A DNA stretch of 43,756 nucleotides from the NCBI GenBank assembly GCA_038247945.1, contig JBBRUI010000003.1:1-43756 (forward strand), in the 5' to 3' direction. The notes beneath the pieces were generated by a model that ran no database searches, was not told where the DNA came from, and worked only from the letters and a program-made list of their open reading frames with translations. Origin of the DNA: Bacteroidota bacterium. Lineage in GTDB: Bacteria; Bacteroidota; Ignavibacteria; UBA10030; UBA6906. This document shows positions 18,053-27,555 of this stretch, piece after piece (position 1 is the first letter of the stretch; the number at the start of each line of letters is the position of its first letter). The position numbers were made by a program, and so were the translations under genes.

Positions 18053-19765
18053 ATGCAGTCGTCCATTATCGGCAAGATTGTAGATAACTATGAAATCACC
18101 GCCATCCTCGGCAAGGGCGGGATGGGGGTCGTTTACAAGGCAAAGGATATGACGCTGGATCGCGTCGTTGCGCTGAAGATGATGGATGATAACTTCGCCC
18201 GCGATGAGGAGTTTCTCAAGCGGTTCAAGTCCGAAGCAAAAGCGCTTGCGAAACTGCAGAATCCCAACATCGTCAGTGTATTTGCATTACGGGAAACCGA
18301 AATCGGGTTTGCGTTGGTGATGGAGTTTGTAGATGGAAATACTCTTGCAGATCGCATTCGCCTGCAAGGCGCAATCCCTCCGGCAATTGCTCTTCCGATT
18401 TTCAAACAATTGCTTATTGCGCTCGGCGACGCGCATCGCAACAATGTGATCCACCGGGACATCAAGCCCGGCAACGTTATGATTACAAGCGATAACGTTG
18501 TGAAGGTTACGGATTTCGGATTGGCTAAGATTCAGCAAGTAATAAACGCCACCGTTACCATGGGCACCGGCGGCACATTGTACTATATGTCGCCGGAACA
18601 AATACGGGCTCTCGCCAATGTCGATGCCCGCGGAGACATCTACTCCTTAGGCATGACGCTGTACGAAACACTTACGGGACGTGTGCCGTTCGAAACCGAC
18701 GCCACCGATTTCGACATCCGCCAGAAAATTGTTGAAGGGAAGATTCCTTCGCCGGAAAAGTTCAACCCCGCCTTGCCGAAAGACCTCGTGCAGATCGTCA
18801 TGAAATCCATTCACCGCGACCCGAACAAGCGTTTCCAAACCTGTGCTGAGATGCTCGAGGGGTTATCCAAAGTCGATCTTAAGCGCTACAATGGAAAACA
18901 TACACCGACGACTGGCGAGCCGTTGCCGGTTCGTGTCAAAGCAAGCCCGCTCTCGCCTTTCCGTTTGAAAGTCTATCTTCCCGTAGCATTGGGTGTGCTT
19001 TTGATTGCAGGGTATTTTCTCGTACAGCCATTGCTTACTTCGTCTGCAACACTCAGCATCGATTCTGATCCTGCGGGATCGAAAGTGTTGGTAGATGGAA
19101 CGCTTATCGGCACGACGCCGATCAAGAATTATTCTGCTGCTGCGGGAAACATGACGGTAAGAGTTGATCGCGAAGGATATTTCGTGAGAGATACCACGCT
19201 GTCTCTGAAAGAGGGAGAAAATTCTGCGCTTTCGATTGTGTTGACCAAACTACCCGATCGCTCCTCCCCACCGCTTGAAGAAAAGAAAAATTCGATCGTT
19301 ACAGAGAAACCCAAAGCCGTGGCTTCTGTGGGTATGGCGACACTGCGGTTGAAGGTGGAGCCGAAGGGAATCGTATCGGTGGATGGAGGAGCAAAATCGA
19401 ATAATGAAAATGAGTTCCAAGTCACAGCCGGTGAGCGGAGTATACTCTTTGAGAATCCGAAATACGGAAGCAAGCGTATCACAGTCAATGTAAGGCCGGG
19501 CGAGATCAAGCAACTGACGTGTTATTTTGAAACGTATGTGAGCATCGTAGCATCGGGGGACGCGGCGTGGGGACTCGTGGTGATCGATGGAAAAACAACA
19601 GACGTGCAAACCCCGATCGACGGCTTGCCATTCGGGCCCGGCAAACATCGCATCAGCGTTGCAAAGATCGGATTTGAAACGGTTGAGGGGGAGAAAATTG
19701 TCAACGTAGCGCCTTCGTTTGAAAAGAAGACTGAGCGGCTGGCTTTCACGTTGAAAAGAAAGTGA
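18053..19765 (+). CDS. Hanks-type Ser/Thr protein kinase with TM helix and extracytoplasmic PEGA domains
   Basis: LGKGGMGVVY, VALK, HRDIKPGN, DFG, YMSPEQ, DIYSLG; TM VYLPVALGVLLIAGYFLV; SDPAGSKVLVDG..IGTTP PEGA repeat. Confidence 0.96.
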   Translation: MQSSIIGKIVDNYEITAILGKGGMGVVYKAKDMTLDRVVALKMMDDNFARDEEFLKRFKSEAKALAKLQNPNIVSVFALRETEIGFALVMEFVDGNTLADRIRLQGAIPPAIALPIFKQLLIALGDAHRNNVIHRDIKPGNVMITSDNVVKVTDFGLAKIQQVINATVTMGTGGTLYYMSPEQIRALANVDARGDIYSLGMTLYETLTGRVPFETDATDFDIRQKIVEGKIPSPEKFNPALPKDLVQIVMKSIHRDPNKRFQTCAEMLEGLSKVDLKRYNGKHTPTTGEPLPVRVKASPLSPFRLKVYLPVALGVLLIAGYFLVQPLLTSSATLSIDSDPAGSKVLVDGTLIGTTPIKNYSAAAGNMTVRVDREGYFVRDTTLSLKEGENSALSIVLTKLPDRSSPPLEEKKNSIVTEKPKAVASVGMATLRLKVEPKGIVSVDGGAKSNNENEFQVTAGERSILFENPKYGSKRITVNVRPGEIKQLTCYFETYVSIVASGDAAWGLVVIDGKTTDVQTPIDGLPFGPGKHRISVAKIGFETVEGEKIVNVAPSFEKKTERLAFTLKRK

Positions 19766-19791
19766 TTGTTCATAATGGAAGGGAAAGAGCA

Positions 19792-20808
19792 ATGAGAAAA
19801 GCGAAATATATTCTGGCGATGGCGTGCTGTGTTGCGTTCGTTTGCAGTACGTTGAATGCGCAAACAAATATCGGGAAGAAGCTGGATGAAGCGATGAGGC
19901 TGTATAATTCTGCAAACTTTGATAAAGCGATCGTGCTATTATCACAATTGGCAGAAGACAAAACCGTCGAGAGCAAAGACAAGAAAAATGTTCTTCTCGC
20001 CCTCGGCCGATCGTACATCGCAAAAGGAAATAAGAAGGGAGCCACGACGGCGATGCTGAAGCTGCTGGAGTTGGAACCGCCGATCATCGAGCCCGACCCC
20101 GACGCCGAGTGTCCGCCGTTGATGAAAGTTTATTACGAAGCGAGAAAATCAAAATCCGGCACAATGCAGGTTGAGCAGCGGAACGATCCCGGCATCAAGA
20201 CAATTGCCATCCTCGATTTCGCAAACCGTTCCGTCGACGATAAAAATAAATATGATCCCCTGGAAAAAGGTTTTGCGGAACTCATGATCGATCAGCTCAA
20301 TGGTTCTGTAAATCTAAAAGTCATTGAACGTGAGAGGATCCAATGGATTTTGAATGAGATAGGATTGGAAAACGATCCCGGGAAGTTCGATCAGTCGTCC
20401 GCGGTGCGTGTGGGTAAGCAGCTTGGTGTTCATTCCATCCTCCTGGGAAGCTTCATCAAAGTGAAAGACAACATGAAGCTGCTCGCCCGGCTGGTAAAAG
20501 TAGAGACGAGCGAAATTATTGCAACGGAACAAAGCAACGGCGATGCCGATGAGTTTTTTGAGATTGCAGAAAATCTCAGCGTGAAGATCGCAAAGAAAAT
20601 CAATGCGTCGCTCACGAAAGCCGAAGTGGAAAAGGGAACCGAAACCAAATCGCTTGACGCCATGATGTCGTATTCCGAAGGGCTCGTTCTTCTCGAAAAG
20701 GGGAACTACAAAGGCGCATATGAAAAATTCATGCTTGCTCTTCAGATTGATCCCAGGTACGACAAGGCACGGATGAAAGCCGAGAGCCTGAAACCGTTGC
20801 TCGGGTAA
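19792..20808 (+). CDS. Exported TPR protein with CsgG/HfaB (FlgO/TolB-N-like) domain
   Basis: Signal peptide ending LNA-Q; TPR-like helices; IAILDF...KVIERERI...AVRVGKQLGVHSILLGSF...RLVKVETSEII. ATG at 19792 preferred. Confidence 0.8.
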   Translation: MRKAKYILAMACCVAFVCSTLNAQTNIGKKLDEAMRLYNSANFDKAIVLLSQLAEDKTVESKDKKNVLLALGRSYIAKGNKKGATTAMLKLLELEPPIIEPDPDAECPPLMKVYYEARKSKSGTMQVEQRNDPGIKTIAILDFANRSVDDKNKYDPLEKGFAELMIDQLNGSVNLKVIERERIQWILNEIGLENDPGKFDQSSAVRVGKQLGVHSILLGSFIKVKDNMKLLARLVKVETSEIIATEQSNGDADEFFEIAENLSVKIAKKINASLTKAEVEKGTETKSLDAMMSYSEGLVLLEKGNYKGAYEKFMLALQIDPRYDKARMKAESLKPLLG

Positions 20809-20895
20809 TTTAGATTTGTCGAATGACTACACTCCATCCAGTGCGGGAGGGAAGAGAGTCGATGCCGGACTAGTATTCACTGCAACGGAATTCCC

Positions 20896-22179
20896 ATGCG
20901 GAATTTGTTCTTTGCTTTTCTTTTGATCATTACCCTTTCTTCGTGCGCAACTGTAAAGTTTGACAGCGCACCAACGGACTACGTCGCCGACCTTGCCAGG
21001 CTGCAACGCCAGCTCCTTATCCGCCCAAACGACCCGACGCTCTTACGCGACCTCGGCACTCTCTACTTCCAAGCAAAGAAATACAATGATGCCCGATCTC
21101 CGCTGTTTCGTTCGTACGGGTTAAAAGCAGATGACCCGCGTACAATTTTTTACTACGGAATGACGCTTGAGTATCTCACCGAGAGTGAAGCGGCACTGCG
21201 TGTCTACATCAATTACACGGACGTCTCATCTTTTTCTCCTTATCGCAAGCTGATTGAAGGACGTTACCGCATCCTGACAAGAGAAATCGTCCAGCAACAG
21301 TTCCAGGTTCTTCTCGCGAACGAGCAAAAACTGGGGACGGAAAGAATTGTTCCGAAAGCTGTAGCGGTTTTTCCACTCGCGTATCAGGGAACTGACTCAA
21401 AGTACAATGCGCTTGGAAAGGGATTAAGCGAAATGATGCTCATCGATCTCGGCCAGGTGAAAAGTCTGACGATGATCGAGCGGATTCGCATCGAAGCGCT
21501 GCTGGGAGAATTGCAATTCGGTCAATCAAATAAGGTCGACCGTGCAACGGCGCCGCGCCTCGGAAAGTTGTTGGGGGCGGGGAAGATTGTTTCAGGCGCG
21601 TTCAATGTCAGCAACAACAATCTCCGCATGGACGTTGCTGCCTGGGATGTTGTCAACAGAAAATATCCCGAACTCAAAACAAAAATGGACGATCTTGATA
21701 ACCTGTTCGCCGTGGAGAAGGAGATTGTTTTTGGCGTCATCAAAGAACTCGGCATTACGCTGACGCGTGAAGAGCGTGAAAAAGTTCAGTTCATCCCCAC
21801 AAAAAATACTCTCGCGTTTATCAATTATTGTCTCGGACTGCAGAATGACGATGCCCGTGATTTTCAAAGTGCGAAGGTATATTACAACCAGGCTGTTACG
21901 CTTGATCCGAACTTCGGGCTCGCAAAGACAAAACTCGCAGCGGCAGAGGCATTGAATATCGGAGGAGGAAGCAAAGAGAATGCACTGCTGGTTGCCGAAC
22001 AAATTGATCCATCGCGAAAGAAAAAGAAAGACAGGATCAATCTTGTGATGGACAGACTCAACAATCTTGAGAATGGGATCGGCATTCCGTTCAAGCATGG
22101 ACAAGAAGACCGTAAAGGTGCGCAAGAGGCAGCGGATGGAGTCCTTCTCCCGGGACCACCTCCACCACCGAACAGATAG
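20896..22179 (+). CDS. Lipoprotein with TPR repeats and CsgG/HfaB-like domain
   Basis: Lipobox LSSC; N-terminal TPRs; VAVFPL...MIERIRIEALLGE...APRLGKLLGAGKIVSG; C-terminal TPR and poly-Pro tail. Confidence 0.8.
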   Translation: MRNLFFAFLLIITLSSCATVKFDSAPTDYVADLARLQRQLLIRPNDPTLLRDLGTLYFQAKKYNDARSPLFRSYGLKADDPRTIFYYGMTLEYLTESEAALRVYINYTDVSSFSPYRKLIEGRYRILTREIVQQQFQVLLANEQKLGTERIVPKAVAVFPLAYQGTDSKYNALGKGLSEMMLIDLGQVKSLTMIERIRIEALLGELQFGQSNKVDRATAPRLGKLLGAGKIVSGAFNVSNNNLRMDVAAWDVVNRKYPELKTKMDDLDNLFAVEKEIVFGVIKELGITLTREEREKVQFIPTKNTLAFINYCLGLQNDDARDFQSAKVYYNQAVTLDPNFGLAKTKLAAAEALNIGGGSKENALLVAEQIDPSRKKKKDRINLVMDRLNNLENGIGIPFKHGQEDRKGAQEAADGVLLPGPPPPPNR

Positions 22180-22213
22180 GGAACACCGCTACTTACAATT
22201 CGTCTTTTTCTAA

Positions 22214-23302
22214 ATGAACCGAATACTTACGCTAATATTTTGTCTTGCAGTTGTCCATGCGTGGTCGCAACCGCAGTCAGACACTGATGCAGATGTTGTC
22301 AGCCAGCGCGGCTCGTTACGATTAATGCCGCTCTATCAAAACTGGTCGCTTGATAGCATGAAAGTTTCTGAAGCAAGCGTACTTGTATCACTCTATCAGC
22401 CATTAAGTCGTCAAGCGGCAATAACTCTGCGCGGTGCGTTTGCCTCTGCAAGCGGCGACGTTGCGTCGCTAAGCGGTGCAACTGATTTGCAAGTCGCCGG
22501 AAGTTATTACGTGGAGTCGGCGAACATGATGTTCAGTTTGGGACTTGGAATTCCTGTCGGAAAGAAAAAACTGACCACGGACGAATTTATTACTTCCATT
22601 CTTCTTGCCAGCAACACATTCCGTTTCAATGTCTCCCAGTTCGGTACAGGCTTCAACATTACGCCCGGCGTTGTGTGGGCGTTGCCGGTCGGTGACGATG
22701 TTGTGTTGGGACTTGGTGCGACCTATCAGTATCGGGGGACATTTCAGCCTCTTGCAGACTTGGGGACGTTTGACCCGGGAGATGAGATTTCCGGAACTGC
22801 GGGTATTGAATTGAGGCTGAACGAAACTTCAAGTATATCAGCCGACGTTGTCTACACACACATCGGCAAAGATTTGCTGGAAGGAGATGAGATATATGTT
22901 TCCGGCGATAAGATCTTTGCGGCTATGCAATACAAAAAATATTTTGAGTTCAACTCCTTCTTTGTGGGAGCAACATTCCGCAGCAAAGCCAAGTCGGAAG
23001 TTGCGCTGGGAAAATTTCTGGCGCCAAGACTCGAGCCGGATCAACTGGAGATTCTCGGTGCGTACACCGCCCGCTTCAGCGACGCGCTTTCGATGCAGTT
23101 CGCTTTCGAGGGCCGGCTCTTTCAAAAAACGTCAATTGCATTCTCAGGATATAACATGATTGGAGTCGGAGTGATGCCCGAGTTCTCCGTTTCGGAAAAC
23201 GTAACCGTTCCCGTGCGTCTCAAGTTCACATCCGGCAAAGGAAAGAGTAACGGAACGATCACCGGGTTCGAAGCAGGACTCGGAATTACAATCAGTTATT
23301 AA
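22214..23302 (+). CDS. Putative outer-membrane beta-barrel protein
   Basis: Signal peptide, alternating-strand pattern throughout, C-terminus FEAGLGITISY. Confidence 0.75.
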   Translation: MNRILTLIFCLAVVHAWSQPQSDTDADVVSQRGSLRLMPLYQNWSLDSMKVSEASVLVSLYQPLSRQAAITLRGAFASASGDVASLSGATDLQVAGSYYVESANMMFSLGLGIPVGKKKLTTDEFITSILLASNTFRFNVSQFGTGFNITPGVVWALPVGDDVVLGLGATYQYRGTFQPLADLGTFDPGDEISGTAGIELRLNETSSISADVVYTHIGKDLLEGDEIYVSGDKIFAAMQYKKYFEFNSFFVGATFRSKAKSEVALGKFLAPRLEPDQLEILGAYTARFSDALSMQFAFEGRLFQKTSIAFSGYNMIGVGVMPEFSVSENVTVPVRLKFTSGKGKSNGTITGFEAGLGITISY

Positions 23303-23372
23303 AAGAACTCCATCCATTTCTACCAATAAAATGAATTATCGTTGCACAGAAATTATTAGAAAGGATTTCGCC

Positions 23373-25439
23373 ATGAGATCACATACAATCATACTGTCTT
23401 TGATTCTTCTCGTCTCGGCAACGTTTATGGCGAGGGCGCAAGTGCCGCGGTTTATTTCCTATCAGGGTTTGTATACTGATACTCTCGGTGTGCCCAGGCC
23501 CGAGGGCGATTACAGGTTCACCTTCCGTTTCTATGCCGACAGCGTTGGCGGAAGTGTATTGTTCCCTCCGGAAGTCCGGGTGCTGAAAGTAAAGCGCGGA
23601 CTGTTTTCGGTCTTGCTCGGCGGTCAACCGGGATTCGAATCTGTCTTTTCCGGTCCACGGTGGATGAGTCTTCAGGTCGATCCCGATCCGGAGATTTCGC
23701 GGCGCATCCAGCTTGCGGCTACTGCCTACAGCTTCCGTTCCATCCGTTCGGATACGGCGCAGTTCGCGTTTAACGCTCCATTGCAGCAGACAGCAGACAG
23801 TGCACGCATAGCCGGAACGGTGGCGAACAACTCAATTACTTCTGCGAAAATTTTGGACGGAACGATTCAGACCATCGACGTTGCGCCCGGCTTCAAATCG
23901 CCGGACGCTGCAATCGCAGATACCGTCCGCCGCGCACCGCCAACTGTGGTGGCTCCCGGCAGCATCGACAGCATCAAGTTGGCAACGAATGCCGTCGCCT
24001 CATCCAGAATTGCAAACGGTGCTATCACTGCCGCGAAGATTGCAGCCGGCCAGGTTGTGAAGGGTTTAAATGATGTACGAGATAATGTTCGATTGGTGGG
24101 ACGAGGCGCTGCTTCAATCACATCCAGTAACGATACGATATACATCGAAACGCCGCCGCCAACAGGCGGCACCGGAATCCAAAGTTTATCCAACACAAAC
24201 AACACGCTGACGATCGTGAATCCGAACGGCCCGAATGCAATTGCGAACGTGAAAGACGCGAGCATTGGTCCGATACAATTAGCTGATGCCGGCGTTACGC
24301 AGCAGAAGATCGCTGACGCAGCCGTGGGAACGTTGAAGATTGCAGACGGATCCGTGACTCAGTCAAAGATTGCGGCAACCGTCTCGTTTCCTCCCAGCGG
24401 ACCCGCCGGTGGCGATCTTGCGGGCACATATCCGAATCCAACTCTTGCGGCAAGCACAGTGACCACGACAAGGATCGCCGATGGAGCTGTAACACAGTCG
24501 AAGATAGCACCCGGCGTAACGTTGCCTCCGGGCGGAAATGCAGGTGGCGATCTCTCCGGAATATACCCTAACCCCACGCTCGGGGCGACAGGCGTTGCCG
24601 CGGGAACATACGGGTCGGCCACGACTGCACCTCGAATAATCGTTGACGCAAAAGGACGCATCACAAATGCAAGCGCAGTAAACATTGCCGGCGTTCCTCC
24701 GGGCGGAGCTGCCGGCGGTGATCTCACAGGGACTTTTCCTTCGCCAACAATCGCACTTAATGCAGTGACAACAGGAAAAATTGCCGATGGGACGATACTG
24801 TTTCAGGATGTCGGACAGAACGGCGCGGCTACCGGACAGGTAATGAAGTGGACAGGAACGTCCTGGGCGCCGCGGGCAGATTCAATGGGAAGCGGCGGTG
24901 GAGTAACGGGGTCGGGTGGAGTCGGACAAGTTGCCTTCTGGAATTCTTCTTCGAACATCACAAGCACATCATTTTTTATGTGGGATAATCAGAATGCACG
25001 GCTGGGCATTGGTGTTCCCGTTCCGCAGGAAAGGCTGGATGTGGCCGGCACAATCGCGCTTCGCAACATGCCATTCGGATCGGGAAATCCGGTCGGCGTT
25101 GATTCATCGGGACGACTTGTGCGGCCGGGGTCAAGCAAGAGATTCAAAACAAACATACGTCCGCTGGAACCTACACATGTTTTGGATTTGAAGCCGGTGC
25201 GATTCCAATGGAAATCTACGGGAGAAGAAGACATCGGACTGATTGCTGAAGAAGTGAATGAGATTTGTTCGGATCTGGTCGTTATTAATGAAGGAAAGCC
25301 CAGTGGTGTAAAGTATGATAAGGTTGCTGTGTACTTGCTGGATGTAATCAAAGAACAACAGAAACAAATCGCCGAGCTTCAGGTTTCAGTAAAACTCCTG
25401 ATGGACAAAGGCAAATCATCGGTCGGAGATTTGAAGTGA
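23373..25439 (+). CDS. Exported fibre-like protein with C-terminal peptidase S74-type intramolecular chaperone
   Basis: Signal peptide ending ARA-Q, ISYQG N-domain, repeated (A/S)VTxxKIADG and GxAGGDLxGx(Y/F)PxPT units, then SSKRFKTNI...LKPVRFQWK...IGLIAEEV...coiled coil. ATG at 23373 follows AAGGA. Confidence 0.82.
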   Translation: MRSHTIILSLILLVSATFMARAQVPRFISYQGLYTDTLGVPRPEGDYRFTFRFYADSVGGSVLFPPEVRVLKVKRGLFSVLLGGQPGFESVFSGPRWMSLQVDPDPEISRRIQLAATAYSFRSIRSDTAQFAFNAPLQQTADSARIAGTVANNSITSAKILDGTIQTIDVAPGFKSPDAAIADTVRRAPPTVVAPGSIDSIKLATNAVASSRIANGAITAAKIAAGQVVKGLNDVRDNVRLVGRGAASITSSNDTIYIETPPPTGGTGIQSLSNTNNTLTIVNPNGPNAIANVKDASIGPIQLADAGVTQQKIADAAVGTLKIADGSVTQSKIAATVSFPPSGPAGGDLAGTYPNPTLAASTVTTTRIADGAVTQSKIAPGVTLPPGGNAGGDLSGIYPNPTLGATGVAAGTYGSATTAPRIIVDAKGRITNASAVNIAGVPPGGAAGGDLTGTFPSPTIALNAVTTGKIADGTILFQDVGQNGAATGQVMKWTGTSWAPRADSMGSGGGVTGSGGVGQVAFWNSSSNITSTSFFMWDNQNARLGIGVPVPQERLDVAGTIALRNMPFGSGNPVGVDSSGRLVRPGSSKRFKTNIRPLEPTHVLDLKPVRFQWKSTGEEDIGLIAEEVNEICSDLVVINEGKPSGVKYDKVAVYLLDVIKEQQKQIAELQVSVKLLMDKGKSSVGDLK

Positions 25440-25447
25440 GAGATTGT

Positions 25448-27256
25448 ATGAAAACGATTCGTGGCGTGATTTTTCTTCTTGCAGCTCTGTGCGTGCAGAC
25501 TTCTTTCCCGCAGACAGGGAGTATAGAGTCATCGGTGTTCGATGCAGGTTTCGATGTATTGTCGTCAGGATCGTCCCACATTACTTCTGCTGTGGGCCAA
25601 CCAATGGTGCAGGTGGTCGAAAGTGGAAATAAGCGCGTCGAAAGCGGATTCCTCAATTCAATTCTCTTGCGTTCGGGAATCGTCGTCTCTGTTCGTGCTG
25701 ATACAGGTATCCTTGGTCAGCCCGTGGGAGTAACAGTCCGGCTTCCTTCAAGCATTCAAACATTCGCCGAAAGTCTTTTTTATCGCAAAGCCGGAGAGCA
25801 AAGCTTCACTCCCCTTGCAATGCAACGAAGGGGAGACAGCCTGACGGTTTCCATTCCGGGCGCAGCAGTGACGATCCGGGGTGTTGAATATTTTGCCCGG
25901 GCTTCTTCCGATCGCGGAGTTATCCGGGTTCCTGTTTCCGGAGTGGACGGCATTCGGGTGCGTGTGAATCAGTTCAATTCTCCGCTGACATTGACACGGC
26001 GTCTCTATAGAATGATTTCTGTCCCTGCAGAGTTGAATGATTCCTCCGCTCTCGGAGTTTTGTTTGATGACCTCGGTCAGTACAGTGCCACAAGATGGAG
26101 ATTATTCCGTTGGGAGAAGGATAGATATATTGAACACCCGCGCATTAGTTCGCGCTTCACTCCCGGGAAATCATTCTGGCTCGTAACGCAATCCGTCTTC
26201 GGGTTCGATATAGACAACGGAAGATCAGTTACGTCGATTTCGCCTGCAACGATTGTGCTGGATACGGGATGGAATCAGATTGCATCGCCGTTTGCGTTCG
26301 CCGTCAAGTGGTCCGACATAACTGCGACCGGACAAGTGAGTCCGCCATTTTACTATGATGGAATCAGCCCGTACAAACCGGACGCCGATCGGCTGGTTCC
26401 GTGGGAGGGATATTTTGTTGAGAACAAGGCTGCCCGTCCCGTAACGCTTACCATTCCCGCGGTTGAAGCTTCGCCGCTTGCACCAAAAACATCAGAGCCC
26501 AATCCGCTCACCAGCGACCACGATTTCATTGTTCAACTTACTGCTGAATCGGAGGCGAACGGCGTAAGAGATGTGTACAACTATTTGGGGTTTGCGGAAC
26601 ATGCAACGTTAGCAGACGATGCGCTGGACTTGCACGAGCCGCCGCCCGTCGGGGATTACATCCAGTTATCGATTGTTGAAGGACGTTCATTCCTCAGAAA
26701 TTACAAACCACTGACGGCTGAAGGGCAGCAATGGGAATTAAGTATCCACTCAACTTTGTCGAACGTGCAAGCAAGAGTCAGTCTGCATCAATTCGGATCT
26801 CTGCCCGAAGGGTTCAACATCTATGTGTTCGATAAGGATGAGTTCAACCGGATTTCTGTTCAGGATGGATCGTTCATGGTTCAATTACCGCAACAGATGT
26901 CCCCCCGTTCCTTGCGGTTGATAATTGGGACGGAGAACTTCGCTCAGGAACACAGCGGCGGAATCTCGCTCGTTCCGTTCGAGTACGCGCTTGCGCAGAA
27001 TTATCCCAACCCCTTCAATCCTTCAACCACCATCCGCTACTCCCTGAAGAAGCGCAGCGATGTAGTGTTGGAGATCTACAACATGCTCGGACAAAGAGTG
27101 AAAACCTTAGCGTCCGGTGAGCAGGTAACGGGAACATATTCCATTCTCTGGGATGGCACGAACAATTCAGGTTCCTCTGTTGCAAGCGGCGTGTACATCT
27201 ACCGCCTGCGCGCCGATGAGTTTCGTGCGAGCAGGAAAATGTTGATGTTGCGGTAG
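25448..27256 (+). CDS. Secreted protein with T9SS type-A-like / FlgD-Ig C-terminal sorting domain
   Basis: Signal peptide; LAQNYPNPFNPSTTIRY...IYNMLGQRV...WDG...SGVYIYRL...RKMLMLR. Confidence 0.85.
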   Translation: MKTIRGVIFLLAALCVQTSFPQTGSIESSVFDAGFDVLSSGSSHITSAVGQPMVQVVESGNKRVESGFLNSILLRSGIVVSVRADTGILGQPVGVTVRLPSSIQTFAESLFYRKAGEQSFTPLAMQRRGDSLTVSIPGAAVTIRGVEYFARASSDRGVIRVPVSGVDGIRVRVNQFNSPLTLTRRLYRMISVPAELNDSSALGVLFDDLGQYSATRWRLFRWEKDRYIEHPRISSRFTPGKSFWLVTQSVFGFDIDNGRSVTSISPATIVLDTGWNQIASPFAFAVKWSDITATGQVSPPFYYDGISPYKPDADRLVPWEGYFVENKAARPVTLTIPAVEASPLAPKTSEPNPLTSDHDFIVQLTAESEANGVRDVYNYLGFAEHATLADDALDLHEPPPVGDYIQLSIVEGRSFLRNYKPLTAEGQQWELSIHSTLSNVQARVSLHQFGSLPEGFNIYVFDKDEFNRISVQDGSFMVQLPQQMSPRSLRLIIGTENFAQEHSGGISLVPFEYALAQNYPNPFNPSTTIRYSLKKRSDVVLEIYNMLGQRVKTLASGEQVTGTYSILWDGTNNSGSSVASGVYIYRLRADEFRASRKMLMLR

Positions 27257-27431
27257 CAGCTTCGGCTCTTAGAGGGAACGAGCGTATCACCCATCGCTTA
27301 AAAAACGTTCGTCCAGTTGGAACTTCCATTCTCCTTCCTTGTCCGGGAGTGGAGTATTGTTACGCGGTTGACGATTATAAGAAGCTTGATGATGCCCTCC
27401 CGGCAGTGAACGTGTGTATATCAATCCATAC

Positions 27432-27461
27432 TTGACAATGGCGCGCCAAATACTCTATATT
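27432..27461 (+). promoter_or_regulatory. sigma70-type promoter of the large surface-protein gene
   Basis: TTGACA (27432-27437), 18-nt spacer, TATATT (27456-27461). Confidence 0.65.
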
Positions 27462-27555
27462 AAACCAGATTAATTCAGCAGCATTCTATCCCGTTCCATC
27501 TGCTACAAAAGAATTCCCGGCGCTGTTCTTTGAGAATCTTATTAATGAGGGTGAT

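Noticed and set aside
14004-19765. Type VI secretion locus (Fha/PppA/PpkA-like trio)
   Set aside because: No TssB/C, Hcp, VgrG, ClpV or baseplate genes in the window.
23373-25439. Prophage tail gene
   Set aside because: Has a Sec signal peptide, sits in a host operon, and has no phage neighbours.
1379-27345. Cluster as a tRNA-Phe-integrated genomic island, with CTCCTTCCTTGTCC near 27331-27344 as a possible attR
   Set aside because: Only about 11/14 match to the tRNA 3' end in pyrimidine-rich sequence; no integrase and no obvious composition change at the borders.
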